Shown here: in pieces, positions 26,654 to 39,400 of the stretch
Layout: each line of letters starts with the position of its first letter
Numbering within the stretch: the stretch's first letter is position 1
NCBI GenBank assembly: GCA_051294375.1
Contig: CM119268.1
Coordinates: 23,261,762-23,325,761, forward strand
Direction of reading: 5' to 3'
Source of the DNA: Paraspadella gotoi
Taxonomy: Eukaryota; Animalia; Chaetognatha
DNA: 64,000 bases
Position numbers and translations under genes: made by a program
The notes under the pieces: model-generated
Databases searched by the model: none
What the model saw: the letters and a program-made list of their open reading frames with translations, nothing else
Told to the model about the DNA's origin: nothing

Positions 26654-29600
26654 TCACGCCTTCCTCTTCCTATGCATCTTCACGCTCAAGATACAGATGG
26701 CGAGCAGGTGCAGGCCCAAAGTAATGGCAGCCACGGCGAGAAAGTTCCTCGTCACGTGACTTGGCTGAAAGTCGAAGCTGCGGAGAACGTCTTTGCCCCG
26801 GACGAAGTTGCTGCAGGAGTGAGAGTTGCTGGGGTGAGAGATGCTGTAGCAGTTGACGTCGAGGCTGGAGCGGATGCTGTCCATTATCGAGTGGATCTCT
26901 GCCTAGAGAATGAATTGCAGCGTAATTGCCTGTGCTTTAATTTCAGATGAGATTGATTTTTTTTACTTATTACATTTACATATTGTAGCGGTTGAGGTTT
27001 TGTCTTTTGATAAAATTTTCATAGAAATATTATTATAGTATTTTAGGGATAATTATAATTCAAATCTTATTTAGCTATGAAAATAGTATAACTAATATAA
27101 AATTCATCCATTCATTTAATAAATAGGCTATCTTGCTCTTGACTTTGGACAGGTTTTGGCCTCCATCCCGTGTGGGAGGAATTCCATGTGGAAAGAATCC
27201 CTCTTTTCCGCTGACCCTGCTTTTGACATCACGGCCTCTAATCTTTTTTAGTCAGATCTGCTTATAAGCAGATCCCGACTCAATAATTCACTTGTCGGTC
27301 CGTCGGTCCCCCCCTCAATCTTGTCGGACATTATCTTATTTCATGTCAGAACATCGAATTATGATAAATTATGCAAATGTCCGTCCGTCCATCCGTCCGT
27401 CCCACCTTAACAAAAAGCACCAATTACTCGTGATTGGATGGATGGATTGGAATGAAATTTTGAATGTGGTTAGAGAAGTGTGTGATTGAGCCGGATTTGA
27501 AGTTTCGATGGAATCGTCCAAGTGGAAATGAGTTTAAATGGAAAAAACAAAAAAAATATATTTTATTATTTGAACACCAATTACTTATGATGAGGCAATT
27601 GACCTGAAATTTTGAATGTGGGTAGGAAAGTGTGTGATCAAGCTGCAAATCAAGTTTCGATAGAATCGTTTGAGTGGAAATGAGTTTAAATGGAAAAAAA
27701 CAAAAAACCTATTTCACTAATTGATTATGCTTCTTTTTTATATTAAATGTAAATGCAAGATGTACAAATTAACCCAATAATTAATCAATTAGTTAATTAA
27801 TTAATTATTAATTAATCAGTCAATTAATCAATCAAAACAAACATTTTGGATAAAGTTAATTAAATAATTGACTAATTATTTAATTAATTAATTAATTATT
27901 TAACTTGAATTAATTATTAATTAATTAATTATTAATTATTTAATTACCGATAAAAATCGTGGGCAGTTCCGACATTGTTTGCTCAAACTTGTTCCTTCAC
28001 GAATCACCTCCTCATCCTTAGAATGAATCATTTCCCCTTTCTTTTAATCTTTTTTTTAATCTTCCCCGTTTCCCTCTCACCTGAATCTTCCCCTTTTTCT
28101 CTCTCACCTGAATCCTCCCTTTTTTCTCTCTCACCTGAATCTTCCTCTTTGCCACCGCCGTCCCCGCCTTGGCCTTCTCTGCCTCCAATCCTTCCACCTT
28201 CATGAATCCTCGCCTCATCCCGCGAATCTCCTCTTTGCTTCCGGTTTTGCAAGGAGCGTCAAGTCCTTTGTAAACGGCAACCATCTCAGTCTCGAGGGCG
28301 TAGTAGAAGAATGAGAGGTACTGGAGTGGGAGAGGAAGGAGGAAATGAAGGGAAGGGGGAAATATTAAAAGAGAAATAAGGGAGAAAAGTGAAAAGGTAG
28401 AAGAAGGAAAGATACTTTGGTGGAGGGAGAGGAGGGAGGAATTAAGGGAAGGGGGAAATATTAAAAGAAAAATAAGGGAGAAAAGTGAAAAGGTAGAAGA
28501 AGGAAAGATACTTTGGTGGAGAGAGAGGAGGGAGGAATTAAGGGAAGAGGGAATATTAAAAGAGAAATTAGGGAGAAAAGATGGAAGAGGAAAAGATCCT
28601 GAGAGGAAAAAAGGAAATATAGGAGAAACAGAAATAGGGAAGCAGGAAATGAAGGGGTATTATTAAAAAAGAATTTAAGGCACTATGAAATATGCTTCTC
28701 GAGCGCTGCACTTCCAAACATCATTTACTGGGATGGCGTTCAGTCATCCCGATGGCCCAGACGACCACAAGTAATTGAAGATACTTCAAAAGTCATAACT
28801 TGATCCAAGTTGCTCCGGTTGTTAAAATGTTTTTCTCAGTCTATTTGTCTCTAAGTTAAACGCAAGTTTTATCTTCCCACTTAGACCCTTCCCTTTTTCC
28901 CTAGAGTGCCGGGATAGACAACGCGCTCAGTCTACCCAATGATCCTTGCCATAATCCATCATGCTCACCACTTGGTCCAGCACCGCATGGGTTCTTCGCT
29001 TCCAGTCTGTACCTAACTCCTTCCAAGTAGCGATTGCGCCTTGTGTCTCCAATTGTTTCTTCTCGTCTTCCTCTTCAGTGGATTCCTCATTGTCGTCAAA
29101 GACATTCCTTATTTACTTCATCATGTTTCAGGTGGATGAGTCTCGTTTTTGGTCTTTTATCCCCAAATTAGGCTTCTTTCTGAATCTTTATCCTCTTTTC
29201 ATAATTTTGCCNNNNNNNNNNNNNNNNNNNNNNNNNNNNNNNNNNNNNNNNNNNNNNNNNNNNNNNNNNNNNNNNNNNNNNNNNNNNNNNNNNNNNNNNN
29301 NNNNNNNNNNNNNNNNNNNNNNNNNNNNNNNNNNNNNNNNNNNNNNNNNNNNNNNNNNNNNNNNNNNNNNNNNNNNNNNNNNNNNNNNNNNNNNNNNNNN
29401 NNNNNNNNNNNNNNNNNNNNNNNNNNNNNNNNNNNNNNNNNNNNNNNNNNNNNNNNNNNNNNNNNNNNNNNNNNNNNNNNNNNNNNNGTGATGCCGATGA
29501 TGAGACTCATGACTGCAGATGGAATAGGATTGCAATAAAATGGTCATTGGGGTTACAATGAAGCATAGTGCTTATTAATTCCAGTTAAAAACTAGAAAAA

Positions 29601-31111
29601 TCAAAATCACTCATTTGAAACTCGTAATTTGAAAGTTTATACCAAGCAGCTTAAACTAGGACTTACTGAATTCCTCATAAAATCCAAGCTAAGTGAGACT
29701 AACCCAAATTGACTCACAAAAGGNNNNNNNNNNNNNNNNNNNNNNNNNNNNNNNNNNNNNNNNNNNNNNNNNNNNNNNNNNNNNNNNNNNNNNNNNNNNN
29801 NNNNNNNNNNNNNNNNNNNNNNNNNNNNNNNNNNNNNNNNNNNNNNNNNNNNNNNNNNNNNNNNNNNNNNNNNNNNNNNNNNNNNNNNNNNNNNNNNNNN
29901 NNNNNNNNNNNNNNCTCAAGTGCACACATTATGATCTAACTTAAATTGATCTAAATTAAATTGATCTAACTTGAACTGATCTACCATGATGGAAAAAAAA
30001 GTGTCGCGGTTACTTTCCAGTTATTTTTCGGCATTTTAATGTAACAATCAAAAAATAAAATTCAAATATCAAGAAACATTAGCCTTTTGTGATTCATTTA
30101 AGCTGTGTCTCATTTAAACATAAAATACAGGAGTTCCATGTAAAAGAACTTTTATTATTTAAACTTTTTATTTATACTTATTTCCGGTTCTTTTTTATTA
30201 CTTTTTAAGTTTAACTAATACTATTAAAAATCCCTGCCTTTTCTTAGTCTGATGTCAAATGGTTATTGCATTATCTCCATTAGGATAGATTCAGGAATGA
30301 ATTTTATTTCATATGTCAAAAAAAAAGCAATATNNNNNNNNNNATAAAAAATATCATGTTAAAAATATAATTTTAATAATAATATGAGTAGTTCTCTTAA
30401 TCAAAAAGAAGTGAAAAAACTTAGAGAATACCTCTTTTGGAAGTATTTGAATGCATTGAAAAATTTAATGCTGTTGAGAAATAATCAATTTATTCAGTCT
30501 TAGGGAGGTCATATTACCTATTAAAAATTATTTACTAGCCAAAAAATATATTTGATAATAAAATTAACTTGCTTTTCCAAACCGCGACATTTTTTTTCCA
30601 TCATGGTAACTTGAATTGATGTAACTTGAATTGATCTAACTTGAATTGATCTAACTTGAATTAATCTAACTTAAATTGATCTAACCTGCCTCCAAAAAAG
30701 ACAAAACTTTTCGTTACAATGTTACCGACCAAACTTCTTCTCATCGAAAGGACTAAATCCCGGGTGTTCAATTTGCTCTGAAATTTTCTGAAAGTTCAGC
30801 GTTTGTGAATTCATTTCTATTCACACTAATAGTTTGTAATAGAATTAATTAGTTTTAGGTTTAACTTTTTTCCTAGTTTTCACCACCTGCTTAATCATTT
30901 CATTCTCTTGACTGTTTTTAAATGCTTCAGACAGTTCCTTCACTCTATCCCGACATTGTTTCTCTTCGCCAGGGATAACGGCCAGAGTGAAGATGTAGTG
31001 ATCGGCTGGGTTGTAGGAAGGAGGGCATGGAAAACCAGCTCGCTCAAACAGGGCCAAACAGTCGTTAGCTGTTCCAATAAATATGCAACTTCCCTCCGCC
31101 ATGATACAGAT
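26654..31111 (-). CDS. ABCG gene B1, 3' half (interrupted by N gaps and a locally inverted segment)
   Basis: Last exon 26654-26902 (...[29 protein letters not shown]), 28135-28320, partial 29488-29513, 30686-30787 and 30887-31111 ([13 protein letters not shown]...YNPADHY). Paralogous to B2 with amino-acid substitutions. Confidence 0.85.
27244..27993 (+). mobile_element. Non-autonomous Helentron-associated element (HINE/DINE-1-like) in the last intron of B1
   Basis: 5' TTTTAGTCAGATCTGC..GCAGATCCCGACT inverted repeat, (GTCC)n microsatellite, internal tandem blocks, a 3' GCAG(A/T)TCCGAC subterminal repeat, a GTTTG-CT-CAAAC hairpin and a CTTGTT end. Sits in a T-run with no TSD. Empty site in B2 at ~53795. 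Confidence 0.8.
28712..29211 (+). other. Inverted fragment of two B1 transmembrane exons
   Basis: The plus strand reads NIIYW...SHPD...PQ, then [12 protein letters not shown]...[19 protein letters not shown]. This is the reverse orientation of the homologous B2 segment 54398-54880. It is indel-rich and abuts an N gap. Confidence 0.85.
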
Positions 31112-31140
31112 CTGTGACGTTAGGTCCAAGTAGTTCTTAC

Positions 31141-33130
31141 AATGGACATATCATTATTTTTGCATAATTTATCATAATTCGATGTTCTGACATGATATAA
31201 GTGAATGCCCGACAATATTGAGGGGGCAGACCGACGGACCAACAAAGTGAATTATAGAGTCAGGATCTGCTGATAAGCAGATCGACTAAAACGACAACAA
31301 TAATAACATAATAAAAACGAGATCAACAAGCTCAACAAAAAAATGACGATATAACGAGATGACAAAACTAAAAATGACAATGACGACAACAAAAACCTTT
31401 AGGCTTCGTCGATACTTCAATTCCTTTCCAGGTCAAAGATCAGTCGGTCTTCCTCTGGAATGAAGTCGTTATTATCTTTGCCCAACGCATTATCTTCATT
31501 TTTTGTTGATGTTGACCGATGAATGGCTAAAGACGAAATAGTGTGAGGAATCGGGTTAGAGTGAGAGAGGGTCAGGTATTTACAGCGGGCATTGACTTCT
31601 GGTTCACACAATTAACATTATTTGAAATATCATCGCAAGAGATCATCTGCTATGTCATTATCTTGTAAGAGAGATGGAGGCCTAGCCCACCAAACCCTGT
31701 CCAAAGTCAGGGGCAAGATAGCTTAATAATTAAATGAATGGATAATTTTATAGACATCTGACCTGTCGATTTTCGCATCGTCTGCATCAGTTATCCTCCC
31801 GTCGTCTGCATCTTTCATCCTCCCGTCGTCTGCATCTGTCATCTTTGTCTCTTTATTAAAAAGATTGAATATTTTTTTTAAGCTAAAGTAAAATCAATGC
31901 TAGGATTTTTAGTTGGATCTGCTTTCAGCAGATCTGAACTCTATAATTCACTTTGTCAGTCCGTCGGTCACTCACTTATATCATGTCAGAACATCGAATT
32001 ATGATAAATTATGCAAAAAAAAAACAAAAACGATGTCCGTCCGTTCGTCTGTCGCCGTCCAGTTCATTCCGTCCGTCCGTCCCACCTTAGAAAAAAACAC
32101 CAATTACTCGTGATTGGATGATGGATTAGATTGAAATTTTGTGTGTGGGTAGGGAAGTGTGTGATTGAGCTGTATATGAAGTTTCGATAGAATCGTCGAG
32201 TGGAAATGAGTTTTAAATGGAAAAACAAAAAAATATATTTCAGTATTTGAACACCAATTACTCATGAGTGGATGGGGCTATTGTCTTGAAATTTTGTATT
32301 TGGGTAGAAAACTGTGTGATTAAACTGAAAATCAAGTTTCGATGGAATCGTTTGAGTGGAAATGAGTTTAAATGGAAAAACAAAGAACTTATTTCACCAA
32401 TTGATTATGCTTCTTTTTCTTTTTTTTTAAAATGTAAATGCAAAATGTATAATTAATCAAATAATTAATCAGTTAATTAATCAATTAGTAAATTAATTAA
32501 TCAATAATTAATTAATCAGTCAATTAATCAATCAAAACAAACATTTTTGAATCAAATTAATTAATTAATTGCCTCTCTCTCTTTCTCTTCTCTCTTCTTT
32601 TTCAAAAACAAGTTTGAGGCAAACAATGTCGGATCTGCCCACGATCATTATCGGTAATTAATTAATTAAATAGTTAACTTTTAATAGATTAATTTTTAAT
32701 TAATTAAATAATTAATTAACTTGAATTAATTATTAATTAATTATTAATTAATTAATTATCGATAATGATCGTGGGCAGATCCGACATTGTTTGCTCCAAC
32801 TTGTTTTTGAAAAGAGAGAGAAACGGAAACGCGAGAGTAACGAAGTAAAACGCCCGTCGTCATAGTAACAGAATATACAATGAAGATAATTCTCTTTTAT
32901 TCTTTTGTTTACAGTTGTTATTGCCTTTGTTGTCGTTAATGTTATTATTGTTGTTGTTGTCGTTGTTATTGTTGGTGTTGTCGTTGTTGTTGTTTATTGT
33001 CGCGATTCATTACTTTCCTTTTTTCTTCTTACAGAATCCCTGAATCCCTGCAGTTTCCTGGATTCGTAGACTTAATAAATAAATCATCACAAAAGAAGTT
33101 CTCTCTCTTCTCTCTCTCTCTCTCTCTTCT

Positions 33131-33165
<35 letters not shown>

Positions 33166-33623
33166 TTTCATTCCTCTCTCTCTCGTTCTCTCTTTCCCCT
33201 TATCAGTTTTGTCATCTTTCCATTATCATCTCTCTCTCTCTCTATTCTCTCTCTCTTATCCGCCTCCAATTTCCTCCCGGAAGTAAATCGGGAGCATCTT
33301 TCTTTGAGAATCTCATCTCTGACTTCGACTTTTTTCGATCATCCAATCTCAGTCCTTTGAGATGACACTGATTGACGTCGAGAAGAGAGAGTGAGAGAGA
33401 GAAGAGAGAGAAAAAGAGAGAGATTAAAGAGAGAGTAGAGAGAGAGAATGAGAGAGAGAGAAGAGAAAGATTAGAGAGAGAGAGAGATTAGAGGAAAGAT
33501 TAAAGAGAGAGATTAAGAGAGAGTAGAGAGACAGAATGAGAAGAGATTAGAGAGAGAGAGAGAGATTAGAGAGAGAGATTAAAGAGAGAAGAGATTAAAG
33601 AGAGAGTAGAGAGAGAGGGGAGA

Positions 33624-33655
<32 letters not shown>

Positions 33656-36445
33656 AAGAGAGATCCTGTTGCGGTCGGAATTCTTGACGTCAGACACGCA
33701 AAGTTTTTATAAATTTTACTACATCGTTAGTATTTGTTGTTTTTTGTTGTTGTTGTTGTTGTTAGAATATCAGTTCTTCTTTTTTTCTTATCTGACGCAG
33801 GCGAAAAGATTTTTGTAAAAAATGAAAAAAAAATATTCCTCTGGTTTTTTGTATATTGGGAATAATAAGTAAAGAATAGCACCGTAAAGTAAAGATTATA
33901 TTATATTATAAATTACGATCATTTTTGGAAATTTAATGTTTATTTCATTTCGGTTACGTCAAGAATGTGCTTTGCGCAAAAACAAAAGTAATTTTAGCAA
34001 ACCGTAATGTAATTTTTAATTTAAATATAAATGTTTAGTTGATTAAAAAGAAAAGCTTTCCGTAAAAAGCTATAACTTTGAAACTTGGTAACAAACCAAT
34101 ATAAAATTATCACTCATTTAATAAATAAGCTATTTCGCCCCTGACTTTGGTGATTTAAGGCCTCCATCTCTCTTAACAAGATAATGAAATAGCAGGTTCC
34201 TGCAAGCTTTCACATTATAGTTTTTTCACTTTCAGAATGGTAATAATATTTCGTGTAGGTGTATATTTAATATAAATATATAAATATTCGGACGTTTTAA
34301 TGGTCTGCCGCGACTTTTTTTTTTTAAATTTTTATAAATTTATTTTTTTCTATCAAAATTAAAAGTCAAACTTTATTTCTTTCCAAAATTAATTTTTTTT
34401 ATTATGACTCATTGGATTTTGTATCAGGAGTCCTGTTCCGACGTACGGCAGCCGCCTCCATCCCCGCCGCTGCCGCGGCTGCCGCCGCCGCTGCTATCGC
34501 CCGCTGCCGTCGGCCGGGTGCTACTCATCTTTGGGTTTGATAATGAGCGGCGATAATAAATTGTATGTTCGTCGTCTCATCGTCGTTGTCGTCGTCGTCA
34601 TTACAATATTCTTCCTTTTTGTCTTCATGACCCGATTTTCGTCATCCACTGTCGTTGTCGTCGTCGTCATCTTGTTCATCCTCTTCTTCTCTTCCTTCTC
34701 TTCTCCTCCTCTCCTTTCTGCCTCCTCTCTCTCCTCCTCCTTTTCCTCCTCCTCCTTACCGTCCCCCTCTTCCTCTCAAACGGATTAAAGATCTTTAGAA
34801 AGATAATATTCTCGTCTTTTTCTTCTGCCTCATACATAGATCAATCGCCGCCATGAAATCGGCTCTCTTTTCAAGAGAGTATCCCATTTTTTTCAGCTTT
34901 CTTTTCCAAGAGTCCTGCATTTCTTTTTGGATTTTTTTTTAATACCTTTATTTTATTTATTTTTCTCAAAAAATATTTTTAATTTAATTTATTTAATATT
35001 AGAGAAAACAAAGTTTTTTATTTTGTTCTAAACAACTGATTTTTTGTTATTATGACATAGAAACAGGACATTTTCGGCTTTAGTGCAAGCTTTTAATCAG
35101 TGCTTTTTACATTGGTAATTGTGTTTGTGAAATGCATAGAAGGAGAGAAGAGAAAAAAAAGTCCAAGTTTAATGTTTTTAATAAAGGATTTGATAGTGGT
35201 TAGAAGGTGGAGAGCAGATTTGAGATTAGCCAGATTGAGTGAGTTGTGAAAAGAAATGAAATATGGTCTAAAGAGAGAGATGAGAGAGAGAAAGAGAGAG
35301 AGACAATTAAATTTGAGCAATGTACAACAATAGATAAAAAGTAAACTTAACTATTAATACTTTAAAAAATAAATAAGTAAAAAAAATTTTAAGCAAAGAT
35401 CTTATTTTAATAAAGTAAGTTTGAAAATTTTTGAAAAAATTAAAAGTTGAAAAAATTGAAATTGAATTGAAGTTAGAGATAGATAAGTGAAAGATAAACT
35501 TATAAACCAAAACCTAACCATATTCTTAACCCTAACTAATCTAAAACACTAAGTTAAAACCTTTTTTTTAAAATCCTACCCCAAACTTCTAACTCTAAAC
35601 GCAAATCCATAACCCAAAACTCTAAACCAAGTCCCTAACCTTAATCACATAACTTGATCTCTAACCTAATCCTTATACTCTCACCTAAAATTAAATTAAA
35701 AAAAAATTTAAAATTCCGAATTTTAAATGGAATGGGTCGTTCAAGGAAAATAAAGTCGATAATACTCTTGTGTCTGTCGGACGGAGGGAAAAGAGTAAAG
35801 TGGCTCGTGCGATATATTTATTTTCCTCCCTTAAGACATCCGGTATTTCGTCGGTCTCTCATTGGCCTCTCATCAGCCTCTCGGCAGCTTCTTGTCGGGT
35901 CCTTTGTCGCCCTCTTGTCAGTATTTCCTCTCTCGGTGCGTTTTCATTAATTTTGGTCCCCACAAAAATGAACTCATATTTTTTTTATAAAGAAAATGAA
36001 TATAAAATATGAAATTTCGCTTAGTCTAAATTTATAGATTTTGTCTACTTTTCTAATTTTAACTTCCGGTACACTTGATATTTTAACCTTGACATCTTTT
36101 TCAGATATGAAGAAAGGGAGGAGAGAGAAGAGAGACAAGAGAAGAGAGGAAAGAGAGAGGAGAGAGGCGAGGGAAGGGAGGATGGAGCATGACCCAAGCC
36201 GTCAACTTCATCGCCGTCACAGATTCTGCTCTTTGGGCAGGAATGGTTGACCTGAGGAAGAGAGGAGGAGAGGAGGACTGGGAGAATAGGAGGAGGAAGG
36301 AGGAGGATGGAGGAGGAGGAAGAAGAGAAAGAGAATATTGTGACAGGAAAATAAAGTTGAGATTCAACGTAGAAATTAAAAAGAAATTAAATATAGTCAT
36401 GTAGTACGAGTAGGCTCTGTCTGTCTGTCTGTCTGTCTGTTCTTT

Positions 36446-36485
<40 letters not shown>

Positions 36486-39400
36486 TTTCTTTCTTTCTTC
36501 TTTCTTTTTTTTCTTTCTTTTTCTTTTGTGATAAATGTCATGTGTTTTAGCCGGTTTCTTCTTAACAGCAGATTCCCGGCTCGATATTTACTTTGTCCGC
36601 CCTCATATTGTTCGGAATTTACATATATTCATGTCAGAACAATCGATTATGATAAATTTTTCAAAAATGATTTCCGTCCGTCCGTCCCCCTTAGCTTTGA
36701 ACGCCAATTTACTCATGATTGTAGGCGGGATTGACTTTAATTTTGTCTGTGGGTAAAAAAGTGTGTGATTAGCTGGAAACCAGTTTCGAAAGAATTGTCC
36801 CGAGGTGGAAATAGTTTAAAATGGAAAAAATTATTTCACTTATTTTTAACGCCAAAATTGCTTATTGATGGTCAGGGCGATTGTACTTTAATTTTGTTAT
36901 ATGTGGGTAGGAAAGTGTGTGATTTAAGCTGATCAATGTTTGGATGGGAATCGTCTGAGTGGAAAATGAATTTAAAATGGAAAAAACAAAAACCTGTTTT
37001 AACTAATTGATTTGCTTTCTTTCTTTTTTTTATATTAATGTATGCAAGATGTATTATATAATAATTATTAGTCAATTATTCAATCAATTATTAATCAATC
37101 AATCAATTTTTTTATCTATAATTAATTAATCATTAATCATTTATTTATCAATTTATTAACTATTCAATCAATTAAATCAACATCACATAAGCTAAATCAA
37201 TTAATCGTTTATCGGCATTGTTGTTGTCATCTCCATCCATCGTCGTTGCTTTGTCGTGGTCATGCGAAAAGACCTAACACCTGTCGGATCAAATCATATT
37301 CATAATTAATTTACTAAATAATTAAATTTGATTATTAATTAATCAATTAATTATAATTAATTATTTTAATTATTATAATGATCGTTGGCAGATCCGGCAT
37401 TGTTTGCTCAAACTTGTTTAGTTTGCGCTTTTTGTCCTCCAATGATTTCCCCCTTTTGTGCAAAAACAACGCGCCAGGCGGACAAAACTTTCCTCTTTTT
37501 AATCCACCTCCGGGGCTCCTCCTGCCCTCGCGAAGTATTTTCAAAACCACAAACAAACAAACAGTAAACAAAGAATCAGAAAAAGCGATAGAGAGAGTGA
37601 GAGAGAAATGTTTTTTTTCTTTTTATTTCGCACTAAACACATACAAAGGAGAAGGAGAACAATTCGAGATAAGCGGAAAGGAGGAGTGGTAGGGAGAGAG
37701 AGAGAGGGAGAATAAAGAGGAGAGAGGGAAGGGAGAGAGGGAGAAGGGGAGGAAGGGAGAGAGGGAAGGAAGAGGAGAAGGAGAGGGAGAGATAGAGAGG
37801 GAAGAGTGGGAGGGAGAGAGGGAGAACCGGAGGGTAGAAGGAAGAGAGAAAGGGGGTGAGGGAGACGCGGTAAGTGAAAGAGGGAGTGTGTACTAGAAGC
37901 GCCGGGGGGGAGTGATACAAGGAGGTTCGAAGAATGGAGGTAGAGAGGGGGAGGGAGAAGAGAGATAAGAGAGATGGGAAGGGAAAAGAAGAGAGAGAGA
38001 GGGGGAGGGGAGGAGGGAGAGAGGGAGGAAGGGAGGAAAGATGGAAAGAGCGTGAAAGGAAGGGAGGGGGAGATGTCAACACAATTTAAGCTTTATGATA
38101 CAAAATAAATAACTTGGCTAAATTTTAAAATTACATTCCTGTTGAAAGTTTAAGGAACTTAAATTTTTAAACCAAAAGTTTTCCTCCAAAAAATAACAAT
38201 GATATTTAATGTTTGGAGTTGAAGGTTGGAAATCCTTCACCTAAATGAATTTCTTGGCAGTCACATAATTGAAATTACTTTCAAAATGCAACTACAGTCG
38301 TGAATGAATTTTTGAAAGCAAAGAAGACGAGGGTTCACAAGAATTATAGACCTGAAAAATCCTGACCCCTCGGGGAGATTTTAAAAAACACCAGAAAAAA
38401 CTGTGACAAACATTAATTTTGTTTATTTCGCATTCAGATTTTACTTATTTCAAATCAATTCATTCATATCATTCAATTAATTTTTAAATTATTTGATTCA
38501 ATTGTTTCATTGGAGGTCATTCTTTCATTTTATTTATTCATTCTTTTAATCATTCTCCTTCTTCATTTATTTCAAATTTATTGGACGAAAAAACATTTAA
38601 AATTAAAAAAAAAAAAATTTTTCAAAATTGTAATTATTACTTTTTATACTCATTAAGACTGAGTTCCTTGTATTTTTTCTACTTCTCTCTTGATAGATTC
38701 TCTCCTTCCCTTCTCTTTTCTTATCGCGCTCCTTCTCTCCTCTCCTCTCCTCTGCCTTTCTCTTCCTATGCATCTTTCGCGCTCCAAGATTTACAGAATG
38801 GCGAGCAGGTGCAGGCCCAAAGCGATGGCAGCCTATGGCGAGAAAGTTACTCATCACGTGACTCGGCTGAAAGTCGAAGCTGCGGAGAACGTCTTTGCCC
38901 TGGGACGAAGTGCTGCATGAGTGAAGAGTGCTGGGGTGAGCGATGCTGTAGCAGTTGACGTCGAGGCTGGAGGCGGATGCCGTCCATAATCAAGTGGGAA
39001 AAAAAATCTCCGGGGCCCCCCCCCTCCCTTAGAGGGAATGGAAATGCAGCCTGTGGTTTCATTTCTGATGAGGATTGATTTTTTTAAAATCTCATTTAAC
39101 ATATTATAGCCATTGAGGTTATTTCTCATGTCTTTTGAAATACGATTTTTATGAAATAATTATTATACTATTTTTAGGGATCTATAATTCATGCTTTAAT
39201 TTAGCTATGAAATTAGTTCAGCCATTTTAAAAATCAATCCATTCCTTTAATAAATAAGCTATCTTGCCGCATGACTTTGGTCAAGCTTTGGCGCTCCATC
39301 CCGTGTGGGGGAATTCCATGTGGAAGGATCCATCCCCTCTTTCCGGCTGACCCCTGCTTTTGCCTTTTTACTTCATGAATCCCCTTCTCATTCTTTGAAA

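Noticed and set aside
26618-26950. Plus-strand ORFs antisense to ABCG exons (also 53142-53540, 44622-44897, 57379-57693)
   Set aside because: They are shadow ORFs of the real minus-strand exons.
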